Part shown: positions 40,223 to 49,923 of the stretch, one piece after another
How the letters are laid out: each line of letters opens with the position of its first letter
Numbering within the stretch: position 1 is the first letter of the stretch
Source: Spirochaetota bacterium
Lineage (GTDB): Bacteria > Spirochaetota > Spirochaetia > ARS1246
NCBI GenBank assembly: GCA_024275515.1
Contig: JAJRYZ010000255.1
Span: 8,890 to 72,889 of the forward strand
DNA length: 64,000 nt
Reading direction: 5' to 3'
Made by a program: the position numbers and the translations under genes
The notes under the pieces: model-generated
The model's database searches: none
What the model was told of the DNA's origin: nothing
Seen by the model: the letters and a program-made list of their open reading frames with translations, nothing else

Positions 40223-42685
40223 ATGACCGAACGCGAACGTCCGCAGTCCGAAACAGAAAGAGACAATCGGGAATGGATCGAGTCGGTCGAGCCGCTCGAT
40301 CTGACCAACAGGAGAGGAAACGATCTATCCGCGGACTACTGCCGGATCCTATCCCGATGGGTTGGCTTTGCAGACACGACCTTTGAAACGTGGCCCGAAC
40401 GACCCGGATGCGGCCATTTCTTCGGCGGCTCCTATTGGTACGGTAACGATACGGCCAATCCGGTCCTCGTCTACGCCGTGATGTCTCGCGCCCCGGAGTA
40501 CGACGAAACGCTCTCCGGCCTGACGCGAGCGGCGCTCGGCGAGAGGGCCGTCGCGGCCATTCGCTTCCTCTGCTATACCCACGACAGTGGCCCCGAGGAC
40601 TGCGTCCGGCCGAAGGGGCCGAACCCTCACGCGAGCGGCCGAAAATGGGGCGGAAAAGGCGACACGTTCTTTCGCGCGATCGTACACGCAGTTCCGATTT
40701 GCGCTCTTGGTGTGGGTTCGTGGATCATCTGGGATGAGTTGGACTCGGAACTGAAGGCACGCATTGCAACTATCGTTACCGACTTTGCCGATCGCTGGAG
40801 CCGAGAAGATCCGCGAAACGGCGCCTACTACGACACCCAATCTGAAGAGAACGCGTGTACCGGAATGGGAATCGCGTTTGGCGCGAACATGTTTCCCGAA
40901 CATCCTCACGCGCCGGCATGGGAAGAGGCGGCAAAGAAGTGGATCGTGAATTGCTGCACCGTGCCGGAAGACCGGTACGGCGATCTCATGCTCGACGGAA
41001 AGCGAGTGCGGGACTGGGTAACCACGACCACCACTCACCCGGACTTCACCGTCGAGAACCACGGCATCGTCCACCCGAATTATATGGGTTCCAAGATCGG
41101 CCTTGCCGGAATCTACGCGCTGTGGCACCTGCTCTCCGGAAAGAACACCCCTGCAGTCGCCTGGTACCACGCGCCGGAAATCTACCGGGTTCTCAAACAG
41201 ATGCACGATGTCGACGGCCAGTGCAACTTCGTCCAGAGTCAGGACTGGTGGTACATCCGGTACACCGACGCTGCCGTGCTTCACTGTTTCATGAACGTTC
41301 TCGGTAATGACCCGGAGGCGGCGCTTCAGGAACGTATCGCCCTCGACTATGCGGTCAAGCTACAGAACAGCAACGAGTCCGGCTGCCTTTTCATCGAAAA
41401 CGGGTCGGCGTTCAGGATTACCGAGTATCAAACCGCATGGAGCTTCGAGCCCCAGACTGCCGGACGGCTGGCTCTGGGCTACCTGCTCCATCTTTTCGGT
41501 GGAATCGGAGTCGAGCCCTGCACACCACAACAGTTCGCCAAGAATAACGGCGGGACATTCGTTTTCCCCCACGGAGGTTTTATCATCCATAGCGAACCGG
41601 GCAGTTTCGCCTCCACGTCGTGGCGAAACACCATTATGCATCTGACGATGCCCCGGGAGGGGAAGTGGGCGGTCTCACCATACCCCAAGAGCTACGTCGG
41701 AGAGTTCGTCACCGCCGATTCGGCGAACGATCGACCTGCTCTGCTTGCTCATCGATATGAGCTTCGGGAAGCCGGGTATTCCAGCACCGCTCACTACGTA
41801 CGAGCCGGCGGCGCGATCGACCAGTTCACGGCGTTCACCTCGCTGCCGGGGGGTGTCACCGTCTACTCGGAGATCTCCGTGGCCACAACGAACGTCGATC
41901 TCGATGAGATTCGTGGATGCCCGGTCGGCATCAGAAACGAGTCGTACGGCGAATTGGGATCCTTGGCGAAAGGCTTTCGACATATCTACAGCGCAGGCGG
42001 CGTGCTGGAGGCGAGGGGCTACACGGGAGGGGATAGTGACGAGTGGTTCCATTTCCCCGGACTCGACTGGATCAACATCGACGATACCATGGGCTACCTT
42101 CTATCGGGCAGCCTCGGAGTTTCCTACCGGAACCGCCACCTCTACCCCAAATGGAAAGGGATTGAGGACGTGCTCTATCTCAACTATTCGCGGGACCGCC
42201 GCCGGCTCGTCGCGGGAGCGCCGATAACGAGCCTGCTGGCTTGCACATTCGCAAACCAGCATCATGACACCACGAGAGCTCTCTCGGAACGAGTACCAAC
42301 ACCGGTCTCTTCGCGGGAGTCGACCGCAATAACAGTCGAGGATTTTCTCGTTGTGTCGAATTTCGCTTGCCATGAACGCAACGTCGAGGTCGAAATCGAC
42401 ATACGCGGATTGGACACCTTTCCGATCTTTCCGGGAAGCGGGCGAATCACCGCCGGTCGGTACCGTCTCGACGTCCCGGTCGGCGGTTTGTGTACCGAGG
42501 TTCTCCGCGCGGCCGCCTTCGTCGGCGGTGTGGATGCGGAGGATCTGACGATCGACGTGCCTTGCCGCAGCCGACTGCTTATTGAAAACAGAAGGCGCGC
42601 GGAGACGACGATCATGGTGACGGTCGATCGGCGGAGGCGATCGATCCGTCTCGCTTCCGCCGCCGTCACACCCGTCGATCTTTAG
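40223..42685 (+). CDS. Uncharacterised 820-aa cytoplasmic protein, possibly a polysaccharide-lyase-like toroid + beta-sandwich fold
   Basis: Long clean ORF with GGAGG RBS; Trp/Tyr/His-rich helical N-half (EENA, ENHGIVHPNY, QDW) and beta-rich C-half. The fold guess is inference. Confidence 0.6.
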   Translation: MTERERPQSETERDNREWIESVEPLDLTNRRGNDLSADYCRILSRWVGFADTTFETWPERPGCGHFFGGSYWYGNDTANPVLVYAVMSRAPEYDETLSGLTRAALGERAVAAIRFLCYTHDSGPEDCVRPKGPNPHASGRKWGGKGDTFFRAIVHAVPICALGVGSWIIWDELDSELKARIATIVTDFADRWSREDPRNGAYYDTQSEENACTGMGIAFGANMFPEHPHAPAWEEAAKKWIVNCCTVPEDRYGDLMLDGKRVRDWVTTTTTHPDFTVENHGIVHPNYMGSKIGLAGIYALWHLLSGKNTPAVAWYHAPEIYRVLKQMHDVDGQCNFVQSQDWWYIRYTDAAVLHCFMNVLGNDPEAALQERIALDYAVKLQNSNESGCLFIENGSAFRITEYQTAWSFEPQTAGRLALGYLLHLFGGIGVEPCTPQQFAKNNGGTFVFPHGGFIIHSEPGSFASTSWRNTIMHLTMPREGKWAVSPYPKSYVGEFVTADSANDRPALLAHRYELREAGYSSTAHYVRAGGAIDQFTAFTSLPGGVTVYSEISVATTNVDLDEIRGCPVGIRNESYGELGSLAKGFRHIYSAGGVLEARGYTGGDSDEWFHFPGLDWINIDDTMGYLLSGSLGVSYRNRHLYPKWKGIEDVLYLNYSRDRRRLVAGAPITSLLACTFANQHHDTTRALSERVPTPVSSRESTAITVEDFLVVSNFACHERNVEVEIDIRGLDTFPIFPGSGRITAGRYRLDVPVGGLCTEVLRAAAFVGGVDAEDLTIDVPCRSRLLIENRRRAETTIMVTVDRRRRSIRLASAAVTPVDL

Positions 42686-43017
42686 CGCATCATGACCGGC
42701 GTGAACGAATCAGTGAGAACCGACAAAAGATCACTTCGATCGGCGGGGCAACTGCTTGTACCGGACGGCTCAGACCGGATTCAGCTCACGACGGGAATTG
42801 TCGCATTCCGGCCACAGCTGAATGGCGTTTGAACCGGTCACGAGATCTCCGACGTCGATCCTCACCAGTGGGAAGGTGTAGGAACAACAATGTCGACGGG
42901 CCACGCCGGAGTCCGCCCATCCATGAGTGCAACCGGTCCAGGCTACGGTCGGTGACCGGAGGACGCCGCGTTTGCATCCGACATCGTTTCTCAAGAGCAA
43001 TTTGCCCGGGTCGCGCG

Positions 43018-43032
43018 CAATTATTACAATTG
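43018..43032. promoter_or_regulatory. AT-rich 7-1-7 inverted repeat (Fur-family box-like) upstream of the Fur-family gene
   Basis: CAATTAT-T-ACAATTG (one mismatch), 35 bp before the ATG. Confidence 0.4.
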
Positions 43033-43067
43033 GGTGTAGTTACGAATTGTCGCAAGAAGGGGGAGCG

Positions 43068-43532
43068 ATGAGTCACGACTTACCGGCCATTGCAGTTCGA
43101 TTGCGTCGGGCAGGCTACAGGATGACGCCGCAGCGACAACTTATTCTCGACGCGGTCTGTGATTTGGGCGGGCATGTGGCGCCGGAACAGGTGTACGAAC
43201 ACGTACAAAACACTGCGCCCACGCTCAACCGGGCGACGGTCTATCGTGCGCTCAGTTTCCTCACCGAGCAGCGTATTATCACCGCCACGCAACGGTCGCC
43301 CGGTCGTCTCTGCTACGAAATCCCCAGCCGGGAACCGCATCACCACCTGGTCTGTCGTCGGTGCGGCAAATCCATCGTACTGCCAAACACCACGCTCAAA
43401 AAACTCGTTGAGGCGGTGGAAACCCGACACGGCTTCCGTATCGATATGGACCACATCTCATTTTTCGGTCATTGCTCTCGTTGCCGCCGGAATGAGAAAC
43501 GAGAAACCGAGTCAGGTCCGCCGGCGAGGTAG
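43068..43532 (+). CDS. Fur-family metalloregulator
   Basis: GYRMTPQRQLIL, ATVYRAL, HHHLVCRRCG, FFGHCSRC. Confidence 0.92.
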   Translation: MSHDLPAIAVRLRRAGYRMTPQRQLILDAVCDLGGHVAPEQVYEHVQNTAPTLNRATVYRALSFLTEQRIITATQRSPGRLCYEIPSREPHHHLVCRRCGKSIVLPNTTLKKLVEAVETRHGFRIDMDHISFFGHCSRCRRNEKRETESGPPAR

Positions 43533-43573
43533 AAGATAGGTCGGCGACAACAAGCATCTCTTGGGAGGTTTCT

Positions 43574-44401
43574 ATGTTCGACGGCGCTCCCGCACTCATT
43601 TTGCTCGGTCTTGCGCTTGGATTACGCCACGGGATCGACTGGGACCACATTGCAGCCATTACCGATATTACCGGCTCGGTCGTTTCAACTGAGGAAGCGG
43701 CAGGGCCGGCGACGGTTGCCCGGTCGGGCACGCTGACGATGAATGCGAACGCGGCCGCCGCCAAGCGACGCGAGGTGAAGCACGGCTTCTTCCTGGGTAC
43801 GCTTTATGCGCTGGGCCACGCGACGGTGGTCGCTTCCTTGGGTCTGTTGGCGATATGGGCCGGCGCCATCCTGCCGGGTTGGATCGACCCGATCATGAAG
43901 CGGATTGTGGGCGTAACGTTGTTGGCCCTGGGGGTCTGGATTTTTTACTCGCTCTGGCGCTACGGGCGTTCCTTTCGTCTCCGCAGTCGGTGGATGATCG
44001 TGTTTGCCCTGATCGCCGGGGGCTGGAATCGGCTAAAGAGCCGGATAACCAGGCGGGTACCGACCCATGATCACGCCAAGGCAATCGTCCGGTACGGCGG
44101 CAAGGCCGCCTTTGGCATCGGGATGATTCATGGTGTCGGCGCGGAGACAGGCTCGCAGGCACTGCTGCTTGCCGGCGCGGCGGGGGCGACGACTCCGCTG
44201 AGCGGTTCGTTGATGCTACTTTCCTTTGTGGCGGGGTTGGTCATATCCAATTCGTTGATTACGCTCTTTTCGTTGATCGGGCTTGTTTCCTCAACTACCA
44301 AGCGAAATGTGTACGTGGTGGTCGGCGTCTTCGTCGGTCTTTTCAGCCTGATCGTCGGCGCCAGTTTTGTTTTCGGGCAGGGAGTGCGATTCCCGGAATA
44401 G
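43574..44401 (+). CDS. Nickel/cobalt permease (NiCoT/UreH-like)
   Basis: GLRHGIDWDHIAAI (RHxxDxDH), LGH, GMIHG motifs; multiple TM helices. Confidence 0.8.
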   Translation: MFDGAPALILLGLALGLRHGIDWDHIAAITDITGSVVSTEEAAGPATVARSGTLTMNANAAAAKRREVKHGFFLGTLYALGHATVVASLGLLAIWAGAILPGWIDPIMKRIVGVTLLALGVWIFYSLWRYGRSFRLRSRWMIVFALIAGGWNRLKSRITRRVPTHDHAKAIVRYGGKAAFGIGMIHGVGAETGSQALLLAGAAGATTPLSGSLMLLSFVAGLVISNSLITLFSLIGLVSSTTKRNVYVVVGVFVGLFSLIVGASFVFGQGVRFPE

Positions 44402-44673
44402 ACTTCCTCCGATTTTGCCGACGGACGAGACGAGTCTGAGCGACGCTTTCGGCGGCGAAGGAGTATTGAAACGTCACCTCGAATTGCCGCCCACAGCAAT
44501 CGAAACCCCGCCATTTTCGTGACGATTCGGCGGTTCCTCCGACTAAACGTCAGAAAATGGTGCAGCGCCCGATGTTCCCAGTGTCACATTTCGAATTACT
44601 GACCCCGGATCACGAGTGTAAACGACGACACGGAACGAGTATTTCCTGTTCATTTTGCCCGTCGGCCGACAAG

Positions 44674-45687
44674 CTATCCCATGCTTAAGTGTGTAACCGG
44701 CGGGCTGAATCCCACATAGATGATAAGAAACATCATCACCGCGGCCACGGAAATGTATCCCCAAACGATCACTTTCCGAGTCGTTGAATTCATCGATTGA
44801 CTTCTGTCAACATAGGGAATCACCAGCAAACCTACCAGCATGATGAGCGGAGCGGTAAGGAGGGCGTAGAGGCCGATCCAATCCTCTAAGGCGTAGAGCA
44901 CGAGGAACAACCAGGGCGGCTTGGTCAATTCTACACCTGTGTACGGCCCCGGAAACAGAACCGACGGGAACTGAGCCGCCAGGAAGGCGACGGCGCCATA
45001 AATGATCATACTGAACCAGAGCACCTTCTTCATGTGCGCGAAAAAGGTAGAGGTGCGCGACGAACTGCTCCCCGGTAGTGGTGAGAGGCCGTTCAGCTTC
45101 ATAAGGGCAAGGTGCGGAAGAAGAAGTACCCCGAGCAGTACCGGCAGCACCAAAACATGAGTCGCGAGTATGCGCATTACCGCAAGGATGCCCTCCAGAA
45201 AAGAGGCCGTTAGCGCTCCTATCACGGGGATTACTTTGGTTGTCTCGACGACGTGTTCGTAGGCTTCGAAGCCTTCCTGGTCCCACTTGAGCACGGTGCC
45301 GGTAAAAAAGAACCCAACGGTAACAAAGAGGAGGACGACTCCAAAGATCCAGTTGAGTTTCCGGCTTCCCCGATAGGAACCGGTAAAGATCACGCGGCTC
45401 AAATGCAGGATCACGAGAAACGTGACCGCCTCGGCCGTCCATCTATGAAATGAGCGAACCCACAGGCCGAGCGGGGCGGAACTCAGTTTGAGAACGCTGC
45501 TTCTGGCATCGTCAACTGACGGGACGTAAAAGAAGACCATGATAATGCCGGTCAGAATGAGCAACGCGAACCCTACGACTACTATTCCGCCGATGGTGTA
45601 GCCGAAACGCCCCGCGTGTTCCGGTACCGAGTAGTTTAGATCGCTCAACTTCCACGATTTCTCTTCGGATAGACTCCCGGAGCTCAT
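44674..45687 (-). CDS. Cytochrome b/b6-family membrane protein (b + subunit IV-like fusion)
   Basis: Four heme-ligand His (RSFHRW, ILHLSR, ATHVLV, LPHLAL), WDQ, PEWY-like KPPWLF. Confidence 0.85.
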   Translation of the reverse strand: MSSGSLSEEKSWKLSDLNYSVPEHAGRFGYTIGGIVVVGFALLILTGIIMVFFYVPSVDDARSSVLKLSSAPLGLWVRSFHRWTAEAVTFLVILHLSRVIFTGSYRGSRKLNWIFGVVLLFVTVGFFFTGTVLKWDQEGFEAYEHVVETTKVIPVIGALTASFLEGILAVMRILATHVLVLPVLLGVLLLPHLALMKLNGLSPLPGSSSSRTSTFFAHMKKVLWFSMIIYGAVAFLAAQFPSVLFPGPYTGVELTKPPWLFLVLYALEDWIGLYALLTAPLIMLVGLLVIPYVDRSQSMNSTTRKVIVWGYISVAAVMMFLIIYVGFSPPVTHLSMG

Positions 45688-45995
45688 TCAATGTCTCCTT
45701 GCCTTTTCCTCCCGAGGTACACTAGAGCGATACCCGCGATCGCGACGGCCAAAGCAAGAGTCTTGATGATGACAAAAACGGCGGAGCGGGCGACTTCGTC
45801 TCGAATGGTCTGGAAATCTTTCTCCATGGCGGCCTCGGCCTGCTCGTCATGACCGGATTCGGAGTGATCACCGGCTATGGTCTCGCTCGTCACCTTACGA
45901 GGTTCTTCGTTATCCTCACCTTCATGGGCGTACCCATTGAGGGTGATCACCGTCAACAATCCCACCGCTAGAAGAAAAAAAACGACGCGTTTCAT
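45684..45995 (-). CDS. Small exported protein with His/acidic linker and C-terminal TM anchor
   Basis: Signal peptide ...GYA/HEGED, GDHSESGHDE, C-terminal hydrophobic helix; its stop overlaps the cytochrome b start. Confidence 0.65.
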   Translation of the reverse strand: MKRVVFFLLAVGLLTVITLNGYAHEGEDNEEPRKVTSETIAGDHSESGHDEQAEAAMEKDFQTIRDEVARSAVFVIIKTLALAVAIAGIALVYLGRKRQGDIE

Positions 45996-46327
45996 GAACC
46001 ACCTCACTTCTCGTTAGTGAAAGCCGGCATCCGGGCGCTTCACGACATGACCGAGTCTGTCAGAGAGGCGTCCTTCCTACAGCAGCGATATTCCCTTATG
46101 TTAAACTTGTCTTTCGTCCGCACCGAATGTCAAGTTTTTTCACGGCTCGTGCCGCCCTCTTCCGGCCAACGGCGCCGGCGGCGAATCTGTTCGGCTCGAA
46201 AGAGGTTCATACGGCGCTTCATGAGAGAAGAACGTGTTTTCCCGCTATTGCGGCAATTGTCGTCTTCTCCGACGCTTTTGCTTCCATTGTTGATAAAACT
46301 GGTTACATTCACATCGGGGAGACAACA

Positions 46328-46705
46328 ATGAGTGATTATGATCATGAAAAGGAGCTGCTGGAAGAGCTCGAGAACTTCAAAAGAGACAAAGAGAGGATAA
46401 AAAAAGTCATTGGCTCAATTGGCGGAAGGAACTTCGCCAAGAAAGACAAGTTTCTGAACTATCTTTTCCTTGCCTTGATTCTGACATTCTTCACGCTTGA
46501 AATCACGACGAAGTTTTTGCCCACTTACATAAGCTTGGAATTTGCCGTCCTGCTAATATCGATTAAGATCATTTGGCTCATCAACAACATAACCAAGATG
46601 GATCATTTCCAGTTTTGGATACTGAACTCAATCGAGTTTAGAATTAACAACTTGGCGAACAAATTGACGGCAATCGAGAAAAGTCTGAACGAAAAAAAAA
46701 CCTGA
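46328..46705 (+). CDS. Hypothetical two-TM membrane protein
   Basis: GGAG RBS, ATG 46328, coiled N-terminus, two TM segments, HFQFWILNSIEFRIN; visibly AT-rich. Confidence 0.75.
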   Translation: MSDYDHEKELLEELENFKRDKERIKKVIGSIGGRNFAKKDKFLNYLFLALILTFFTLEITTKFLPTYISLEFAVLLISIKIIWLINNITKMDHFQFWILNSIEFRINNLANKLTAIEKSLNEKKT

Positions 46706-46918
46706 ACCCAAAGCTCCGCGTCTCGGCATGTTCGTGGCATCTATGGCGCCGCACGCCCGACGTCCGTGAACTCCGCTTCGGCCGGTGCGTTCGGTTGGTC
46801 GGGAGCATTTCTCGTTCCCAAGCTTGGCGATTACGGATCTCTTGGTTCATATGTGCACTGAAACAAGGCATTTCGGGAAAGGGCGTGCTATATATGCCTC
46901 CGTCCAGTGCACGTATCA

Positions 46919-48004
46919 TTATTTTGACAGAAGCTCATACAGTCTGTCGTTCAGATACACCGTTTCCCGGCCGATTTTTTCCTTTCTCACGATGTTGATT
47001 CTCGCAAGCTCGTTCAGGTAGTCGCTCGCGATATTCCGGGAGGCGATTCCGGCGTCGACGAGAAAAGCGATTTTACAGTAGGGTCGCCGGAAAAGCAGCT
47101 CGATTAGCTCTTTTGAATAAACACGGCTCGGAAGTTCCCTGCGGGCCCTCTCTTCCGTCTCCTGCATCAAATCCCTGACGAGGAGAAACCGTTCGCGGGC
47201 GAACGCGGCGGTCTCTTCGACGGCCGCAAGCATGAAAAGGATCCACGGCTTCCATCTGTTTTTCCCGGCGACCCGTCTCAAGAGCCGATAATAATCGTCT
47301 TTGCGTTTGACGATTGCTTTGCTGAGACACAACGCCGGAACGTTCAAAAGGCCGGAGTGGATCAGGAACAAGATGGTGATAATCCGACCCGCCCGCCCGT
47401 TGCCGTCCGGAAACGGATGGATAGCTTCAAACTGGTATTGAATCAATGCCGTCTTGATCAGCGGATCCAGCCCGTCCTCGGCATGAATGAATTCCTCAAG
47501 ATTCTTGAGCTTGTCCCGAATGATTTTCCCGCCTTCCGGTGGCGTATAGACGGCTTTCTCGCCGGAACCGTTTTTGATTATCGCACCGGGCGTCGTGCGG
47601 ATACCGGTTTTGTTATTCATAATCGTCCGAACGATCGCGATGAAAAGGTCGATCGAAAGAACCGGATGTTTTCCGAGCGTACTATAACCTTCCCAAAGGG
47701 CGGCGCGGTAACGAAGCACTTCCTCGGTGGCCGGCGCCACCCGACCGGCATTCGCGCCGAGCGTCATGAACAGAGCACCATTGGTCGCGAATACACCGTC
47801 GATTTCCGAGCCGGCTTTCGCTTCCTGGAGCATAAGCGCGTTCACCAACAGAGCCTGATTGGGCGACGTTTCCGCCATTCCCTTTAGTTCGGCAAGCGCA
47901 CGACTCGCGGCGACGGCCTGTCTGAGCACGGGCTTTGACTCTACGTCCGCGCCCGGCGGCAGCGACGGCAGGTTATTGAAAGGTCTGTTTCGGTCGAACT
48001 TCAT
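46919..48004 (-). CDS. Fic-family protein adenylyltransferase (SoFic-like, Fic_N + Fic + wHTH)
   Basis: PFNNLPSLPP N-terminus, YTPP, QFEAIHPFPDGNGRAGR, C-terminal HTH. Confidence 0.92.
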   Translation of the reverse strand: MKFDRNRPFNNLPSLPPGADVESKPVLRQAVAASRALAELKGMAETSPNQALLVNALMLQEAKAGSEIDGVFATNGALFMTLGANAGRVAPATEEVLRYRAALWEGYSTLGKHPVLSIDLFIAIVRTIMNNKTGIRTTPGAIIKNGSGEKAVYTPPEGGKIIRDKLKNLEEFIHAEDGLDPLIKTALIQYQFEAIHPFPDGNGRAGRIITILFLIHSGLLNVPALCLSKAIVKRKDDYYRLLRRVAGKNRWKPWILFMLAAVEETAAFARERFLLVRDLMQETEERARRELPSRVYSKELIELLFRRPYCKIAFLVDAGIASRNIASDYLNELARINIVRKEKIGRETVYLNDRLYELLSK

Positions 48005-48155
48005 CTTACCTCGCCACTGTGAAGAATCTCCCCGCATTGTGCACTAATGTGCGCCGCGCTCCAATGTATGATATAAGCGATCTCGTTCTCGTCTTTCGAC
48101 CGAACAGATGGTGTACAATGCGCGTCGGACGATGCCTGCGCGAAGGAGCGTTTCA

Positions 48156-49865
48156 ATGATTAGATGTTTTGCCGAACACGAAAAGAGGAGTGTGACGGAT
48201 CTCGAAGGCATGTGGGATTTTACTTTCTTGGGAGACCTTGACGTCGCCCAAACCGATGTAGCGCGTATCGCTTACAACGACCGTATCGCGGTTCCCGGTT
48301 GTTTTGACGCGACGCCGAAATACGCCGGCTGCCGCGGCCTCGCGGCGTACCGAAAGCGGATACATTTTGATGACGCCACACGCCATCGGTTCACCTTTAA
48401 CGGCGTGCATCACCGGTGTCGCGTGGTTGTAGTGCAGGGCGAAAAGACGATCACCCTCGCAGAACACGCGGGGGGATTTACCGTCTTTTCGACCGACAGT
48501 ACCGACCACGATCCCGGCGCCGCGGACCTCGTCGTGCTCGTTGACAATCGGTTCGATTACGACCGATGTCCGACTCATCTCGATTACTTCGACTGGTATC
48601 ACTACGGCGGCATTGCCCGAGGGGCGGAGCTTTCGCGACTCGGAAATACGTGGATCGAGTCGGTGCGGATAGATACCTCGGACTTCCGCTCGAAAACGGT
48701 GTCCGTCCGCGTCGTCTGTAGAACCGACTCCGTGTCCGCCGACGATGAGGCGGCGCTCGCGATTTCCATAAATGACGATGAGATTTCCTCCTTTCCCGTC
48801 GCGTTCGCCGCCGGCGTTGCTCGGGTCGACGCCGATTTTACCTTGGTCGACGCAAAGCTCTGGTTTCCGGATCGTCCCGCGCTCAATACCGCACGGTTCG
48901 CCCTCGGGGATGATGATCTGATCGAGCGATTCGGCATACGCCGAGTTTCGATCGAACAGGGTGAAATCAGAATCAACGACCGTCCGGTCAGGCTGCTCGG
49001 TGTGTGCCGGCACGAGGCGCATCCACAGTTCGGCTGCGGTCTGCCCAAATCGATTCTTGTCGAAGACATACAACTCATCGAAGAGATGGGCTGCAATTTC
49101 GTGCGCGGTTCCCATTACCCACAGGACCCGGCTTTCTTGGATCTCTGCGACGAACGCGGGATCTGCGTGTGGAGCGAGGCGATCGGCTGGCAGCATACCG
49201 CCGAACATCTGAATGATCCCGACTTCATCAACGCGCAGGTCGTCGACATCCGCGAAATGGTAGCGACGTCATGCAACCATCCGTCGGTGATAATGTGGGG
49301 GCTTCAAAACGAGAGTCATAGCGAAGATCCTGCGAACAGACGAGGTTACGAAACACTCATCGGAGAGATCCGCTCTCTCGATCCAAGCAGACCCGTGACT
49401 TTTGCCTCTAATCACTGGCCCGACGATCTGTTTCACGATCTTATCGATATTATTTCGATTAACATGTATCCCGGATGGTACGACGGCGAGATAGGAGAAA
49501 TACCGGCAAAGATCGATGCAATCGTCGGTTCCATCGACGCATCGAGCTCGGGCGGGAAACCTATCATCATCAGCGAGATAGGCGCCGGCGCCGTGCCCGG
49601 CACACATGACAGAAACAAGACGCGATGGAGCGAAGAGTATCAGGCGGCATTGATCGACATTGTGATCGAACACCTGTTTGAGAAACGCGATCGCGTGTGC
49701 GGTCTGTCTCTCTGGCAGTTTTGCGACTGTCGAACAAGCGAAGAGGTGCGTCGGATCCTGTCTCGGCCCCGCGGATTCAACAACAAGGGCGTCGTTGACG
49801 AGTACCGCCGGCCGAAACTCGCGTTCGATGTCGTAAAGAGTCGATTCAACTCCCTTCGGCGATAA
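48156..49865 (+). CDS. Glycoside hydrolase family 2, beta-glucuronidase-like
   Basis: L.G.W.F, YGGI.R, GVCRHE, RGSHYP, WGLQNE (acid/base), ISEIGA (nucleophile), N.KG GUS signature (FNNKG). Confidence 0.88.
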   Translation: MIRCFAEHEKRSVTDLEGMWDFTFLGDLDVAQTDVARIAYNDRIAVPGCFDATPKYAGCRGLAAYRKRIHFDDATRHRFTFNGVHHRCRVVVVQGEKTITLAEHAGGFTVFSTDSTDHDPGAADLVVLVDNRFDYDRCPTHLDYFDWYHYGGIARGAELSRLGNTWIESVRIDTSDFRSKTVSVRVVCRTDSVSADDEAALAISINDDEISSFPVAFAAGVARVDADFTLVDAKLWFPDRPALNTARFALGDDDLIERFGIRRVSIEQGEIRINDRPVRLLGVCRHEAHPQFGCGLPKSILVEDIQLIEEMGCNFVRGSHYPQDPAFLDLCDERGICVWSEAIGWQHTAEHLNDPDFINAQVVDIREMVATSCNHPSVIMWGLQNESHSEDPANRRGYETLIGEIRSLDPSRPVTFASNHWPDDLFHDLIDIISINMYPGWYDGEIGEIPAKIDAIVGSIDASSSGGKPIIISEIGAGAVPGTHDRNKTRWSEEYQAALIDIVIEHLFEKRDRVCGLSLWQFCDCRTSEEVRRILSRPRGFNNKGVVDEYRRPKLAFDVVKSRFNSLRR

Positions 49866-49923
49866 CGACCGTGTCTATTGTATGCACGGCGGACGCGCCG
49901 GGAAAACAAACGGAGGAGTTTTT

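Noticed and set aside
42770-43000. 76-aa minus-strand ORF (…FPLVRIDVGDLVTGSNAIQLW…), possibly a gene remnant
   Set aside because: Too short, no RBS, and only a vague beta-strand pattern; it cannot be supported without a search.
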